Source: an uncultured Chloroflexia bacterium (GTDB lineage: Bacteria > Chloroflexota > Dehalococcoidia > UBA2979). From it: 64,000 nt of DNA. Both the position numbers and the translations under genes were made by a program. The stretch lies in NCBI GenBank assembly GCA_963728205.1, contig CAVSIV010000006.1:640001-704000 (forward strand). Direction: 5' to 3'. Below, in pieces: positions 32,714 through 43,839 of the stretch. The notes beneath the pieces were generated by a model, which was given only the letters and a program-made list of their open reading frames with translations, did no database searches and had not been told where the DNA came from. Numbering within the stretch: the first letter of the stretch is position 1; the number at the start of each line of letters is the position of its first letter.

Positions 32714-34363
32714 GTGAATGCCTTGCAGAAGGACGCGTGGTACGCGTTCGCCGTTCTAGGGGCCGCCGCATTCGCCATAGCGTTGCTGTTCGCCGGTCCT
32801 GCCGGCACCGCATCCGCGGTGGCGTTGAGCAACAACCTCGAAACGTCGATCTCGCTGGGTACGAACGTGGCGACGGGATCGAATACCTTCACGACCCTTC
32901 CGGCGATCACACTCACGTGCAACGGTGCGGTCGACGTCACGGCGGGTGCCGCGGACGGGGTTTCCGGCATCACGCTGACCCTCGGCGCCGGGTGGACGTT
33001 TGCCGGTGGTGCCGCGCCGGCGATCACGTATGCGGCCTGGCCAGCCCCCGACGGGCAGGCGACGGGCACGATCGCATCCGCCTCGACGATCACCGACAAC
33101 ATCACCACCAGCTGCAGTCCCGGTAGCGTTGTGACGTTCACCGGTGTCCAGGTCAAACCGCTCACGGCCGGCTCGGGCAGCGCGACGATCATCGCGGACA
33201 TCAGCACCGCGGACGTGACGGTGGCCAGGCTCACGGCGGTCACCGCGCCCGCGACGCAGGTGAACGTGGAGACGGCCGCCGACGGCTCCGGCACCGTCGT
33301 CGCCACCCAGTCGATCGCGCCCGGCGCCACCGTCACCGGCTACGCGATCAGCCGCGATGCTTCCAACGTGTTCGTCGCGAACGTCGCGGCGACCGCCTGG
33401 TCGCTCACCGCCAAGACCGGCGGCGTCGTCGACGGCGACCTCGTCCCCGCCGGCGACGCGAAGAGCGCCGTCTTCACCGGCAACCTGGCCGGCAGCGCGG
33501 TGATCCACGTCACCAGCGGCGCCCTGACCCCCGGTGACTCCGGCACGATCACCGTGACGGCCGCGCCCGCGACGCACGTCAACGTGGAGACGGCCGCCGA
33601 CGGCTCCGGCACCATCGTCGCCACCCACTCGATCGCGCCCGGCGCCACCGTCACCGGCTACGCCGTCAGCCGCGACGCCGGCAACGCGTTCGTCGCGAAC
33701 GTCGCGGCGACGACCTGGTCGCTCACCGCCAAGACCGGCGGCGTCGTCGACGGCGACCTCGTCCCCGCCGGCGACGCGAAGAGCGCCGTGTTCACCGGCA
33801 GCCTGCCCGGCAGCGCGGTGATCCACGTCACCAGCGGCGCCCTGATCCCCGGTGACTCCGGCACGATCACCGTGACGACGCCACCACCGCCGCCACCGCC
33901 GCCGCCACCACCACCTGCGCCGGCACCGGCGCCGGCACCGGCGCCGGCCCCGAAGAAAGTGCTCGTGTTTCTCCCGCTCGTACCGCTGGCACCCGCCGCG
34001 CCCCTGATCGTGGCCGTACCCGATGTTGCGGAGTGCCCGCCGGGCTCCGTGGCCGTACCCCCGGTGGTCATCCCGCCGGGAGTCGACGAGGTGGCCGTGC
34101 CGCCGGTCGAGCTGGCGCCGGGCACCGCGCTGGTATGCGTGCCGGTGATCGCGCCGCCGGGGATCGTGCCGGCGGTCATCGCAGGGCCGCCGCCGGTGGC
34201 GCCGCCCGCTGCCGTGCCGACTCCGGCGGCGACGGGCAACGGTGGGCTGGTTGAGGACGGACGCTCGAGCGTGCCGCGCGGGGCGGCGGGCCTCCTCCTC
34301 GTCGGAGCGGCGATCCTCGCCGTGGCTGCGCGGAGCATCGTTGGTCGTCGAGCGGAGCAGTAG
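32714..34363 (+). CDS. Secreted/surface protein, paralog of 20479..21411 with two extra Ig-like repeats, poly-Pro and an anchor
   Basis: GTG 32714 gives MNALQKDAWY, matching MNLLKKYAWY; near-identical N-domain; PAATGNGGL followed by a TM helix and RR. Confidence 0.85.
   Translation: MNALQKDAWYAFAVLGAAAFAIALLFAGPAGTASAVALSNNLETSISLGTNVATGSNTFTTLPAITLTCNGAVDVTAGAADGVSGITLTLGAGWTFAGGAAPAITYAAWPAPDGQATGTIASASTITDNITTSCSPGSVVTFTGVQVKPLTAGSGSATIIADISTADVTVARLTAVTAPATQVNVETAADGSGTVVATQSIAPGATVTGYAISRDASNVFVANVAATAWSLTAKTGGVVDGDLVPAGDAKSAVFTGNLAGSAVIHVTSGALTPGDSGTITVTAAPATHVNVETAADGSGTIVATHSIAPGATVTGYAVSRDAGNAFVANVAATTWSLTAKTGGVVDGDLVPAGDAKSAVFTGSLPGSAVIHVTSGALIPGDSGTITVTTPPPPPPPPPPPPAPAPAPAPAPAPKKVLVFLPLVPLAPAAPLIVAVPDVAECPPGSVAVPPVVIPPGVDEVAVPPVELAPGTALVCVPVIAPPGIVPAVIAGPPPVAPPAAVPTPAATGNGGLVEDGRSSVPRGAAGLLLVGAAILAVAARSIVGRRAEQ
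33245..33877 (+). repeat. Internal tandem duplication of about 318 bp (two beta-rich domains of about 106 aa)
   Basis: VNVETAADGSGT...GDSGTITVT occurs twice. Confidence 0.88.
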
Positions 34364-34432
34364 GCGGCACGTCCGCAATCCCCGGGGCACGCGGCCGATG
34401 CCGGCGTCCGGGACAACGAAAGCCGAGGCACC

Positions 34433-35533
34433 ATGAATTCACTCCGCGTCTTGCTCGGAATGCACCGACCGCGGTGGCTGCCGATCGGGGCGGCCGCGGC
34501 GGTCCTGGCGATCGGAATCGTGGCGGTCAGCCTGCTCGTTTCGACGCCGACACGGGCCAGCGCTGCGACGGCCGCGCAGTGCAACGGTGAGATGAACGGC
34601 GGCGGGACCGAGGTGGCGTGCACCATCACGGTGATCAACTACGTCACCGAGACCGGCGCGCTTTCGGCAACGCCGCCCTCGACGATCACCACGACGAGGT
34701 GCGTCGGCGCGTCCGGCCCGCTCTCCTCGCTGACCTGCACCACCGCGACGACCACGCTGACGGCGCCGGTCCTGACCGTCCAGCAGTGCAACGGGTCGGG
34801 TAACGGCGGTGGCGGGACCGTGAACTGCACGGTCACGATCACGAACCACTTCACGGGCAGCCGGGATGCCATCACGGCCGCAACGCTGTACGCGACGGTG
34901 TACCAGTGCGTCGGTTCGGAAATCACCGGACCCGGCGCGCCGGCGATCTGCACCCCCGTCAATACCCCCGGCATCACGTCCGTCACGGCGGCCACCGTCG
35001 GCCAGTGCAACGGCTCCGGTAACGGTGGAACGAGCGTCGGGTTCGTCTGCACCGTGACCGGCGGATCCACGATGACCTCGCTCCTGCCGGTGAACGTCGA
35101 CCAGTGCAACGACTCGGGCAACGGCGGCGGCGCTCTCGTCACCTGTCAGGCCACGGTCGTGAACGATGTCATCGCGGTGGCAGCCGCGGCGACGCCGACT
35201 GCTGCCGCAACCGCAGCACCGACGGCCGCCGCAACCGCAGCACCGACGGCCGCCGCAACCGCAGCACCGACAGCGGCCCCAACCGCAGCACCGACGGCCG
35301 CCGCAACCGCAGCACCGACAGCGGCCCCAACCACAGCACCGACGGCTGCCGCAACCGCAGCACCGACGGCGGCACCAACCGCAGCACCGACGCCGGCTGC
35401 GACCGGTAACGGTGGACTCATCGGCGGACGAAACACGGGCCTGCCGATCTGGGCGGCGGCGCTCCTCGTCCTCGGAGTGGCCGGTCTCGCGGTAGCTGCG
35501 CGCCGCGTTGTTCCCGCTCGAGCGGAACGGTAG
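34433..35533 (+). CDS. Secreted Cys-rich repeat protein with a TAAP stalk and anchor
   Basis: Signal peptide ending ASA; four QCNxxxNGG...C repeats; PAATGNGGL followed by a TM helix and RR. Confidence 0.85.
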   Translation: MNSLRVLLGMHRPRWLPIGAAAAVLAIGIVAVSLLVSTPTRASAATAAQCNGEMNGGGTEVACTITVINYVTETGALSATPPSTITTTRCVGASGPLSSLTCTTATTTLTAPVLTVQQCNGSGNGGGGTVNCTVTITNHFTGSRDAITAATLYATVYQCVGSEITGPGAPAICTPVNTPGITSVTAATVGQCNGSGNGGTSVGFVCTVTGGSTMTSLLPVNVDQCNDSGNGGGALVTCQATVVNDVIAVAAAATPTAAATAAPTAAATAAPTAAATAAPTAAPTAAPTAAATAAPTAAPTTAPTAAATAAPTAAPTAAPTPAATGNGGLIGGRNTGLPIWAAALLVLGVAGLAVAARRVVPARAER

Positions 35534-35694
35534 ATGGCGGATTCACCGCGCAGGCTGAGTGCCGGCCTGCGTGGTGAACCTCTGGCCGCGGTGGCGAACG
35601 GGCCATGCTCCGCTTCGGCGAGCTCACGGTTGAGACTCGCTCGAAGACGCGCGAGTCCTGTGGCAGCGATGACCTCATCGCCGAAGCACGGACG

Positions 35695-36342
35695 ATGACG
35701 AAACCGGTGGCGGTCACCTGCCTGTTTCTGGACATCGGCGGTGTCCTGCTCACCAACGGGTGGGATCGTCATGCCCGCGCACGGGCGACGACGCACTTCG
35801 CGCTCGACCTGGCTGAGCTGGAGGAGCGACACCACCTGATGTTCGAAACCTACGAGGTGGGGAAGTTCACGCTGGAGGAGTATCTGGCGCGGGTCGTCTT
35901 CTACCAGCGGCGAACGTTCACACCGGACCAGTTTCGCCGTTTCATGTTCGCCCAGTCGAAACCGTATCCCGAGATGATCGACCTGGTGGCCCGGCTCAAG
36001 GTTCGGCACGGGCTGAAGATCGCCGTGGTCAGCAACGAGGCTCGCGAGCTCAACCTCTATCGAATACGCAAGTTCAAACTTGCCGGTCTTGTCGATGCCT
36101 TTATTTCCTCCAGCTTCGTCCACCTCCGCAAGCCCGACGCGGACATCTTCCGGCTTGCGCTGGACGTCACCCAGGTATCACCACGCCACGTGGTCTTTGT
36201 CGACAACACGCCGATGTTCGTCGCGCTCGCCGAGGACATGGGGATTCGTGGCGTGATTCACACGGATCATCGCTCCACGCGCGCGAAACTGGCTGTGCTG
36301 GGATTGCCGAGTGATGAAGGAGTCATCCATGACACCAGCTAA
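35695..36342 (+). CDS. HAD-superfamily phosphatase
   Basis: FLDIGGVLL, VSN, RKPD, FVDN. Confidence 0.88.
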   Translation: MTKPVAVTCLFLDIGGVLLTNGWDRHARARATTHFALDLAELEERHHLMFETYEVGKFTLEEYLARVVFYQRRTFTPDQFRRFMFAQSKPYPEMIDLVARLKVRHGLKIAVVSNEARELNLYRIRKFKLAGLVDAFISSSFVHLRKPDADIFRLALDVTQVSPRHVVFVDNTPMFVALAEDMGIRGVIHTDHRSTRAKLAVLGLPSDEGVIHDTS

Positions 36343-36372
36343 TCCGCGCGTTCCGACGTTCGGTGGCGAATC

Positions 36373-38757
36373 GTGAACACGCCCGCAACCATGACACCGA
36401 CTCTTGCCCCGGACCTCCTCCACAAGATCGATGCTTACTGGCGCGCCGCAAACTACCTCTCGGTCGGGCAGATCTATCTCTACGACAATCCGCTGCTGAA
36501 GCGGCCGCTCACGCTCTCGGACGTCAAGCCCTCGGTGGTCGGCCACTGGGGCACGACGCCGGGTCAGAACTTCATCTATGTGCACCTGAACCGGGTCATC
36601 AAGAAATACGACCTGGACATGTTCTACATCGCCGGTCCCGGTCACGGCGGACCGGCGGTGGTGGCCAACACGTACCTCGAGGGCACCTACAGCGAGATCT
36701 ATCCGGACGTCAGCCGGGACGAGGCGGGCTTGAAGAAGCTGTTCAAGCAGTTCTCGTTCCCCGGCGGGATCTCCAGCCACGCGGCGCCGACGACGCCGGG
36801 ATCGATTCACGAGGGCGGCGAGCTGGGCTACTCGCTCAGCCACGCCTTCGGGGCCGCGTTCGACAACCCGGATCTGATCGTCGCCTGCGTGATCGGCGAT
36901 GGCGAAGCGGAGACGGGGCCACTGGCGACGGCGTGGCAGTCCAACAAGTTCCTCGACCCGGTCACCGACGGCGCGGTGCTGCCGATCCTGCACCTCAACG
37001 GCTACAAGATCAGCAACCCGACTGTCCTGGCCCGCGTCGAGCACGAGGAGTTGGAGCAGTTCCTCCGGGGCTGCGGCTGGATCCCCTACTTCGTGGAGGG
37101 CGACGAGCCGAACGCGATGCATGAACTCATGGCCGCTGCGGTGGAAGAGGCCGTCCAGGCGATTCGGGAGATCCAGCGCAACGCTCGGAGCAACAACGAC
37201 CCGGCGCGCCCGCGCTGGCCGGTGATCGTCCTCAAGTCACCCAAGGGCTGGACCGGACCGAAGGTCGTCGACGGTCTGCAGATCGAAGGTACGTTCCGCG
37301 CGCACCAGGTACCGCTCCTGGTCGATGCCGATCATCCCGATCACGTCGAGCAGCTCGAACACTGGATGAAGAGCTACCAGGCCGAGGAGCTGTTCGATGA
37401 ACAGGGCCGCCTCCTGCCGGAGCTGGCCGAGCTGGCGCCGGAGGGCGACCGGCGGATGGGCGCGAACCCGCACACGAACGGCGGCGTGCTGCTGCGCGAC
37501 CTGCGCATGCCGGACTTCCGCGCGCACGCGGTGACTGTGCCTTCGCCCGGCGCCGTCGACGGCCAGGACACGCTCGTCCTGGGCGGTTTCCTGCGTGACG
37601 TCGCCAGGCTGAACCAGGAGCAGCGCAACTTCCGCGTCTTCGGGCCCGATGAAACGCTGTCGAATCTGCTGGGAGCGGTCTTCGAGTCCACCGACCGCCA
37701 GTGGGACGCCCGGGAAGTCGCGAACGACGAGTTCCTCTCGCCCAGCGGACGCGTGCTGGACTCGATGCTGAGCGAGCACCAGTGCGAGGGCTGGCTAGAG
37801 GGATATTTGTTGACCGGGCGCCACGGACTGTTCAACAGCTACGAAGCATTCGTGCGCATCGTCGATTCGATGTTCAGCCAGCACGCCAAGTGGCTGAAGG
37901 TCACGTTGGAGCTGCCCTGGCGCCGCAAGATCGCGTCGCTGAACTACCTCCTCGCCTCGCACGTCTGGCAGCAGGATCACAACGGCTTCACGCACCAGGA
38001 CCCCGGCTTCCTCGACCACGTCATCAACAAGAAGGCCGATATCGTGCGGGTGTATTTGCCGCCCGATGCCAACTGCCTGCTCTCGGTCTTCGATCACTGC
38101 CTGCGCAGCCGCCACTACGTCAACGTGGTGGTCGCCGGCAAGCACGCCCTGCCGCAATGGCTGTCGATGGACGAAGCGGTCGTGCACTGCACCGAAGGCG
38201 TCGGTATCTGGCAGTGGGCCAGCAACGACCAGGGCGCCGATCCGGACGTCGTGATGGCCTGCTGCGGCGACACGCCGACGCTGGAGATCCTCGCGGCGGT
38301 CTCCATCCTGCGTCAGCATCTTCCCGATCTGAAGATCCGGGTCGTCAACGTCGTCGATCTGATGCGGCTGCAGCCGAGCGCGGAGCATCCTCATGGGTTG
38401 AGCGACCAGGATTACGACGCACTCTTCACCACAGACAAACCGATCGTCTTCGGCTTCCATGGCTACCCCTGGCTCGTCCACCGGCTGACCTACCGCCGCA
38501 CCAACCGCAACCTGCACGTCCGTGGCTACAAGGAAGAGGGCACGATCACGACGGCGTTCGACATGAGGGTGCAGAACGAACTCGATCGGTTTCATCTCGT
38601 GCAGGACGTCGTCGATCGGCTGCCGCACCTGGGCGCTCGCGGGGCATACCTGAAGCAGTCGATGCAGGACAAGCTCATCGAGCACAAGCAGTACATCGAC
38701 GCGCACGGCGAGGATCTGCCGGAAATCCGCAACTGGAAGTGGGGCAACCCCACATGA
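36373..38757 (+). CDS. xfp: Xylulose-5-P/fructose-6-P phosphoketolase
   Basis: [53 protein letters not shown]. Confidence 0.96.
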   Translation: MNTPATMTPTLAPDLLHKIDAYWRAANYLSVGQIYLYDNPLLKRPLTLSDVKPSVVGHWGTTPGQNFIYVHLNRVIKKYDLDMFYIAGPGHGGPAVVANTYLEGTYSEIYPDVSRDEAGLKKLFKQFSFPGGISSHAAPTTPGSIHEGGELGYSLSHAFGAAFDNPDLIVACVIGDGEAETGPLATAWQSNKFLDPVTDGAVLPILHLNGYKISNPTVLARVEHEELEQFLRGCGWIPYFVEGDEPNAMHELMAAAVEEAVQAIREIQRNARSNNDPARPRWPVIVLKSPKGWTGPKVVDGLQIEGTFRAHQVPLLVDADHPDHVEQLEHWMKSYQAEELFDEQGRLLPELAELAPEGDRRMGANPHTNGGVLLRDLRMPDFRAHAVTVPSPGAVDGQDTLVLGGFLRDVARLNQEQRNFRVFGPDETLSNLLGAVFESTDRQWDAREVANDEFLSPSGRVLDSMLSEHQCEGWLEGYLLTGRHGLFNSYEAFVRIVDSMFSQHAKWLKVTLELPWRRKIASLNYLLASHVWQQDHNGFTHQDPGFLDHVINKKADIVRVYLPPDANCLLSVFDHCLRSRHYVNVVVAGKHALPQWLSMDEAVVHCTEGVGIWQWASNDQGADPDVVMACCGDTPTLEILAAVSILRQHLPDLKIRVVNVVDLMRLQPSAEHPHGLSDQDYDALFTTDKPIVFGFHGYPWLVHRLTYRRTNRNLHVRGYKEEGTITTAFDMRVQNELDRFHLVQDVVDRLPHLGARGAYLKQSMQDKLIEHKQYIDAHGEDLPEIRNWKWGNPT

Positions 38758-39821
38758 ACGAGCAGAGACTCATCGCCACCGCGCAAGCGCTGGTCGCCGG
38801 CGACAAGGGCCTGCTGGCCATCGACGAAAGCGATCACACCTGCAACGAGCGCTTCGCCGGCCTGGGGATTCCCCAGACCGTGGAGGCGCGGCGCGCGTAC
38901 CGGGAGTTGCTGGTGACCACGCCCGGCCTGGGTGAGTGCATCAGTGGCGTGATCCTCTACGACGAGACGATCCGCCAGCAGACGCGAGGCGGCACGCCGT
39001 TCCTGACCGTCCTCACCGATGCGGGAATCATTCCCGGGATCAAGGTGGACACGGGCGCCGACGCCATGGCAGGTCACCCAGGGGAACACGTCACCGAGGG
39101 ACTGGATGGACTGCGCGCGCGCCTGGCGGGATACGCCCGGATGGGGGCGCGCTTCGCCAAGTGGCGCGCGGTCATCGCGGTGGGCCCCGGCATTCCCAGT
39201 CGCGGCTGTCTCGAGGCCAACGCGCACGCGCTCGCTCGCTACGCCGCGTTGTGCCAGGAGGCCGGGCTGGTTCCCATGGTCGAACCGGAAGTCCTGATGG
39301 ACGGCAACCATGACATCCACCGCAGCGGCGAGGTCACGGAGGAGGCCCTGCGCGCGGTCTTCGGCCAGCTGTCCACGCAGGGGGTGATGCTCGAGGGGGT
39401 GATCCTGAAGCCCAACATGGTGCTCCCCGGGTTGACGTGCCCCAGGCAGGCATCGGCAGACGACGTCGCCGATGCGACGCTGACGAGCCTCTCACGAACC
39501 GTCCCCGCTGCCGTTGCGGGGATCGCGTTGCTGTCGGGCGGCCAGTCCGCTGAGCTGGCCTCGGCCCGTTTGAACGCCATGCACGTCAGGTATCGGTCCC
39601 GACTGCCGTGGCCGCTGACGTTCTCGTTTGGACGCGCCATCCAGGAACCGGCTCTCGACATCTGGCGGGGCAGCGACGATGCCGTGGTGGCGGCACAGCG
39701 GGCGCTGTCCCATCGAGCGAACTGCGACCGGGCCGCGCGGCGTGGTGAGTACACGCCGGCGATGGAGGCCGCGGAGCCCGTGACCACGGATATCCCACCG
39801 GCCGCTACACCTGCGGCCTAG
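38754..39821 (+). CDS. Class I fructose-bisphosphate aldolase
   Basis: [43 protein letters not shown]; ATGA overlap with xfp. Confidence 0.93.
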   Translation: MNEQRLIATAQALVAGDKGLLAIDESDHTCNERFAGLGIPQTVEARRAYRELLVTTPGLGECISGVILYDETIRQQTRGGTPFLTVLTDAGIIPGIKVDTGADAMAGHPGEHVTEGLDGLRARLAGYARMGARFAKWRAVIAVGPGIPSRGCLEANAHALARYAALCQEAGLVPMVEPEVLMDGNHDIHRSGEVTEEALRAVFGQLSTQGVMLEGVILKPNMVLPGLTCPRQASADDVADATLTSLSRTVPAAVAGIALLSGGQSAELASARLNAMHVRYRSRLPWPLTFSFGRAIQEPALDIWRGSDDAVVAAQRALSHRANCDRAARRGEYTPAMEAAEPVTTDIPPAATPAA

Positions 39822-39845
39822 CCGAGACGGAGGGGGAGACCCGCC

Positions 39846-42800
39846 ATGGCGCCCGATGCCGACCCGCACAAGGCTCCCGAGTCGAAGCCGGCACCGAACG
39901 CCGGTCCGGCGGACGATCTGAAGTCCCTGCCTCTGTCCGAGGTGGAAAAGCAGCTGGGGTCGTCTCCGGACGGTCTCACCCAGGCTGAGGCAGAGAAGCG
40001 ACTGACCCACTACGGGCCGAACGAGATTGCAGAGAAGAAGCCCAATCCGTTCCTGAAGTTCCTCACGTACTTCTGGGGTCCGATTCCGTGGATGATCGAG
40101 GCGGCCGTCATCCTCTCGGCGGCCGCCCGGCACTGGGAGGACTTCGGCATCATCCTCGTGCTGCTCCTCGCCAATGCCGTGGTGGGGTTCTGGGAAGAGC
40201 ACCAGGCGGGCAACGCCATCGACGCGCTGAAGGCCGGGCTGGCGATCAGGGCCCGGGTGAGACGCGACGGCAAGTGGATCACCCCGGCGGCGCGTGAGCT
40301 GGTGCCGGGCGACGTCATCCGCATGCGCCTCGGTGACATCGTGCCAGCGGACGCGCGCCTGCTGGAGGGCGATCCGGTCGAGGTCGACGAGTCCGCGCTG
40401 ACGGGTGAGTCGTTGCCCGCGACGCGCAAGACCGGCGAGGCGGTGTTCTCCGGATCGATCATCCGGCAGGGTGAAGTCAGCGCGCTGGTCTACGCCACGG
40501 GTACGAACACCTTCTTCGGTGAGACAGCGCAGCTCGTGCAGGGCGCGCAGACCGTCAGCCACTTCCAGCAGGCGGTGCTGAAGATTGGCAACTTCCTCAT
40601 CATCTTCGCGATCTCCCTGGTCGCGGTGATCATTGCCGTCTCGATCATCCGCGGCGACGAGATCTTGACCACCCTGCAGTTCGCCCTGGTGCTGACGGTG
40701 GCCTCGATTCCCGTGGCGATGCCAACGGTGCTGTCGGTGACGATGGCGGTCGGCGCGCGCCTGCTCGCCAAGAAGCAGGCGATCGTGAGCCGGCTGGTCG
40801 CCATCGAGGAGCTGGCGGGGGTCGACGTGCTGTGCACGGACAAGACGGGCACGCTCACCCAGAACAAGCTGACGCTGGGCGACCCGTTCGGCGTGAACGG
40901 GCTCCCGCCCGAGCAGGTCGTCCTGGCTGCCGCCCTAGCGTCCCGCGCGGACGACAACGACACCATCGACCTCGCCGTCCTCTCCGGCCTGAAGGACGAC
41001 CAGGTCTTGACCGGCTACCAGGTCGTCCAATTCGAGCCATTCAACCCGGTGGACAAGCGCACCGAGGCGACCGTGACGGGCGCGGACGGCGCGGCGTTCA
41101 GGGTCACGAAGGGCGCGCCGCAGGTGATCCTGGAGCTGTCGTCCGATGTCGCGCAGGTGACGCCCGCGGTCGACCAGGCCGTCAACGAGTTCGCGACGCG
41201 GGGCTTCCGCTCGCTCGGCGTGGCGCGGGCCGACGGTGACGGCCCCTGGAAGTTCGTGGGCGTGCTGCCCCTGTTCGATCCGCCGCGCGACGACGCGAAG
41301 GCGACCATCGCGGCCGCGCGACAGATGGGCGTGACGGTCAAGATGGTGACCGGCGACCAGATGGCGATCGCGAAGGAGACGGCCAAGAAGGTCGGACTGG
41401 GCACGAACATTCTCGACGCCACCGGACTGGGCGACGACAAGCACGAAGCGACGGCGGCGGCATCCGACTCGATCGAGGGCGCCGACGGGTTCGCCCAGGT
41501 GTTCCCCGAGCACAAGTTCCACATCGTGGACGTCCTGCAGCAGCGCGGCCACATCGTCGGCATGACAGGCGACGGGGTGAACGACGCCCCCGCGCTGAAG
41601 AAGGCCGACTGCGGCATTGCCGTCTCGGGCGCGACGGACGCGGCTCGCGCTGCGGCATCCATCGTCCTGCTGACACCCGGACTCTCGGTGATCATCGACG
41701 CCATCCGGGAGAGCCGACGCATCTTCCAGCGCATGAACAGCTACGCGATCTACCGCATCGCGGAGACGCTGCGCGTCCTGTTGTTCATGACGCTTGCGAT
41801 CCTGATCTTCAACTTCTACCCGGTCACCGCGGTCATGATCGTGATGCTGGCGTTGCTGAACGACGGCGCGATCCTGTCGATCGCCTACGACAACGTGCAC
41901 TACAAAGACGAGCCTGAAGCCTGGAACATGCGCCTGGTGCTGGGGATCTCCACGGTGCTGGGCGTCATCGGTGTCGTGGCGGCGTTCGGCCTGTTCCTGC
42001 TCGGGGAGCGCGTCTTCCACCTCGACCACGCGCATATCCAGACGCTGATGTATCTCAAGCTCTCGGTGGCCGGACATCTGACGATCTTCCTGACGCGCAC
42101 GCGCGGCCCGTTCTGGTCCATCCGCCCGGCGCGGGTGCTCCTCGTTGCCGTGTTCGGCACGCAGGCCATCGCGACACTGATCGCGGTGTACGGGCTGTTC
42201 ATGACACCCCTCGGCTGGGGCGGGGCGTTGTTCGTGTGGGGCTATGCGCTGACCTGGTTCCTCTTCAACGACCGGGTGAAACTGCTCGCCTATCGGGTAC
42301 TCGACCATCCACGAGCGCCCGCGTTGGCCGGGGGTCCGCCGGCGGATCCGACAGCCCAGATCGCCGCACGGGCCTACGCGCTCTACGAGCAGCGCGGTCA
42401 CCGCGAGGGCCACGCGGACGAGGACTGGATCGACGCCGAGCGAACCGCCCGCAAGGACGCGCCGCAGCCGGCGGCTGGGACCGATGTCCAACCCGCTGCG
42501 GCAGCTCCTCACGAGCCTGCGACGACCACCGACGTGCAGCCGGATGTGAAGCCCGAACCACAAGCTGAGGCGGCGCCCGACGCTCAGCCGGACACCAAGG
42601 CCGAACCACCGGCGGCGGCGGCCCGCGTTCAGCCGGATGCCGAGGCCAAACCACCGGCTGCTGCGGCGCCCGACGTTCAGCCGGCCGCCGGCCCCGAGCC
42701 CGATGCGAGCGACAGCATGACGACGCTGCTCAACACGTCGCTCGGCGAACTGCTCGTCGCCGGCATCGTCAAAGACCCGGAGGATGCCGGGCGCGTCATC

Positions 42801-42941
42801 GCGGCGGCCATCAACGAGGCTGGGGCCAAGGTCCCGGCCACGAAGACGCCTGGCCCTCCCACCACGCCCCCACCCGGGACCGATGCCGAGCCACAGCCTG
42901 AGCCCAGGGCGTCGCCGGACGGGCCGGCACCACCCGCGTGA
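39846..42941 (+). CDS. P3A-type plasma-membrane H+-efflux ATPase with a DUF2934-like element and Pro/Ala-rich tail
   Basis: TGES, IPVAMP, DKTGTLT, KGAP, TGD, GDGVNDAPAL, LLNDG; tail QIAARAYALYEQRG...EDWIDAE. Confidence 0.92.
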   Translation: MAPDADPHKAPESKPAPNAGPADDLKSLPLSEVEKQLGSSPDGLTQAEAEKRLTHYGPNEIAEKKPNPFLKFLTYFWGPIPWMIEAAVILSAAARHWEDFGIILVLLLANAVVGFWEEHQAGNAIDALKAGLAIRARVRRDGKWITPAARELVPGDVIRMRLGDIVPADARLLEGDPVEVDESALTGESLPATRKTGEAVFSGSIIRQGEVSALVYATGTNTFFGETAQLVQGAQTVSHFQQAVLKIGNFLIIFAISLVAVIIAVSIIRGDEILTTLQFALVLTVASIPVAMPTVLSVTMAVGARLLAKKQAIVSRLVAIEELAGVDVLCTDKTGTLTQNKLTLGDPFGVNGLPPEQVVLAAALASRADDNDTIDLAVLSGLKDDQVLTGYQVVQFEPFNPVDKRTEATVTGADGAAFRVTKGAPQVILELSSDVAQVTPAVDQAVNEFATRGFRSLGVARADGDGPWKFVGVLPLFDPPRDDAKATIAAARQMGVTVKMVTGDQMAIAKETAKKVGLGTNILDATGLGDDKHEATAAASDSIEGADGFAQVFPEHKFHIVDVLQQRGHIVGMTGDGVNDAPALKKADCGIAVSGATDAARAAASIVLLTPGLSVIIDAIRESRRIFQRMNSYAIYRIAETLRVLLFMTLAILIFNFYPVTAVMIVMLALLNDGAILSIAYDNVHYKDEPEAWNMRLVLGISTVLGVIGVVAAFGLFLLGERVFHLDHAHIQTLMYLKLSVAGHLTIFLTRTRGPFWSIRPARVLLVAVFGTQAIATLIAVYGLFMTPLGWGGALFVWGYALTWFLFNDRVKLLAYRVLDHPRAPALAGGPPADPTAQIAARAYALYEQRGHREGHADEDWIDAERTARKDAPQPAAGTDVQPAAAAPHEPATTTDVQPDVKPEPQAEAAPDAQPDTKAEPPAAAARVQPDAEAKPPAAAAPDVQPAAGPEPDASDSMTTLLNTSLGELLVAGIVKDPEDAGRVIAAAINEAGAKVPATKTPGPPTTPPPGTDAEPQPEPRASPDGPAPPA

Positions 42942-43357
42942 CGTTGCCCCGCGGGGCCCCGAGGCCGCGTGCTGGAGCGACGCGCTCGGCGACCGCCGAT
43001 CACACCGCATCATGTTGATGGCGGTGTGCGCGTCGCCGGGACGCACGCGCCCCGCGTCGTCGCGCGGTGCCCGGACGGCGGAGACGAGCTGATGGTGGGA
43101 CGGCGGTTCGTTGGGGCGCTTCGAGCCGCTCGTACGCGAACGGCTGCGCGGCCGCCGGGCGCGGTGCGCCCGGTGGCCGCCAGCGTTCCTGCGCTTCGAG
43201 CACCCTCGCGTCGGGGCCGCCCTGGCGCGGTGACGGCCCGGTGATGGCCGCGGACTAGCCTGTCCATGTGCGGTTGCGGCGGCGGACGGGTTCAGCGCAG
43301 CCGCACGGCAGGCGGACACGAGCGGCGCCGGGCGTCGCAGGGACTGGAGCACCTCGG

Positions 43358-43702
43358 ATGGCAGGAACGAAGGATCAGATCAAGGGCAAGGCGAACGAGG
43401 CGGTCGGCGCCGCGCGCAAGAAGGCCGGTCAGCTGGTCGGCAACCCGAAGCTGACGGCGAAGGGCACCGGCCAGCAGCGCAAGGGGAAGGCGCAGGGCAT
43501 CGTCGGGAAGGCCAGGGAGAAGCTGTCGGCGGCGGGCGCGGAGGGCCAGATCAAGGGCAAGGCGAACGAGGCGGTCGGCGCCGCGCGCAAGAAGGCCGGT
43601 CAGCTGGTCGGCAACCCGAAGCTGACGGCGAAGGGCACCGGCCAGCAGCGCAAAGGGAAGGTGCAGGGCATCGTCGGGAAGGCCAGGGGGAAGCTGTCCT
43701 GA
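43358..43702 (+). CDS. CsbD-like stress protein with two near-identical units
   Basis: QIKGKANEAVGAARKKAGQLVGNPKLTAKG occurs twice; 171-bp DNA duplication (43376 and 43547). Confidence 0.85.
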   Translation: MAGTKDQIKGKANEAVGAARKKAGQLVGNPKLTAKGTGQQRKGKAQGIVGKAREKLSAAGAEGQIKGKANEAVGAARKKAGQLVGNPKLTAKGTGQQRKGKVQGIVGKARGKLS

Positions 43703-43839
43703 CGGCGATCGCCACGCGCACGGCGCACGCGACGCGAAGGGTCGTCTGACCGCCTTCGTTCCCCTTGCCCTCCATCGTCCCGTGCCGTCCCGGCGGGACG
43801 ACACGCACCACATTCCCCGGGCAGCTCACGCCGGGGGCT

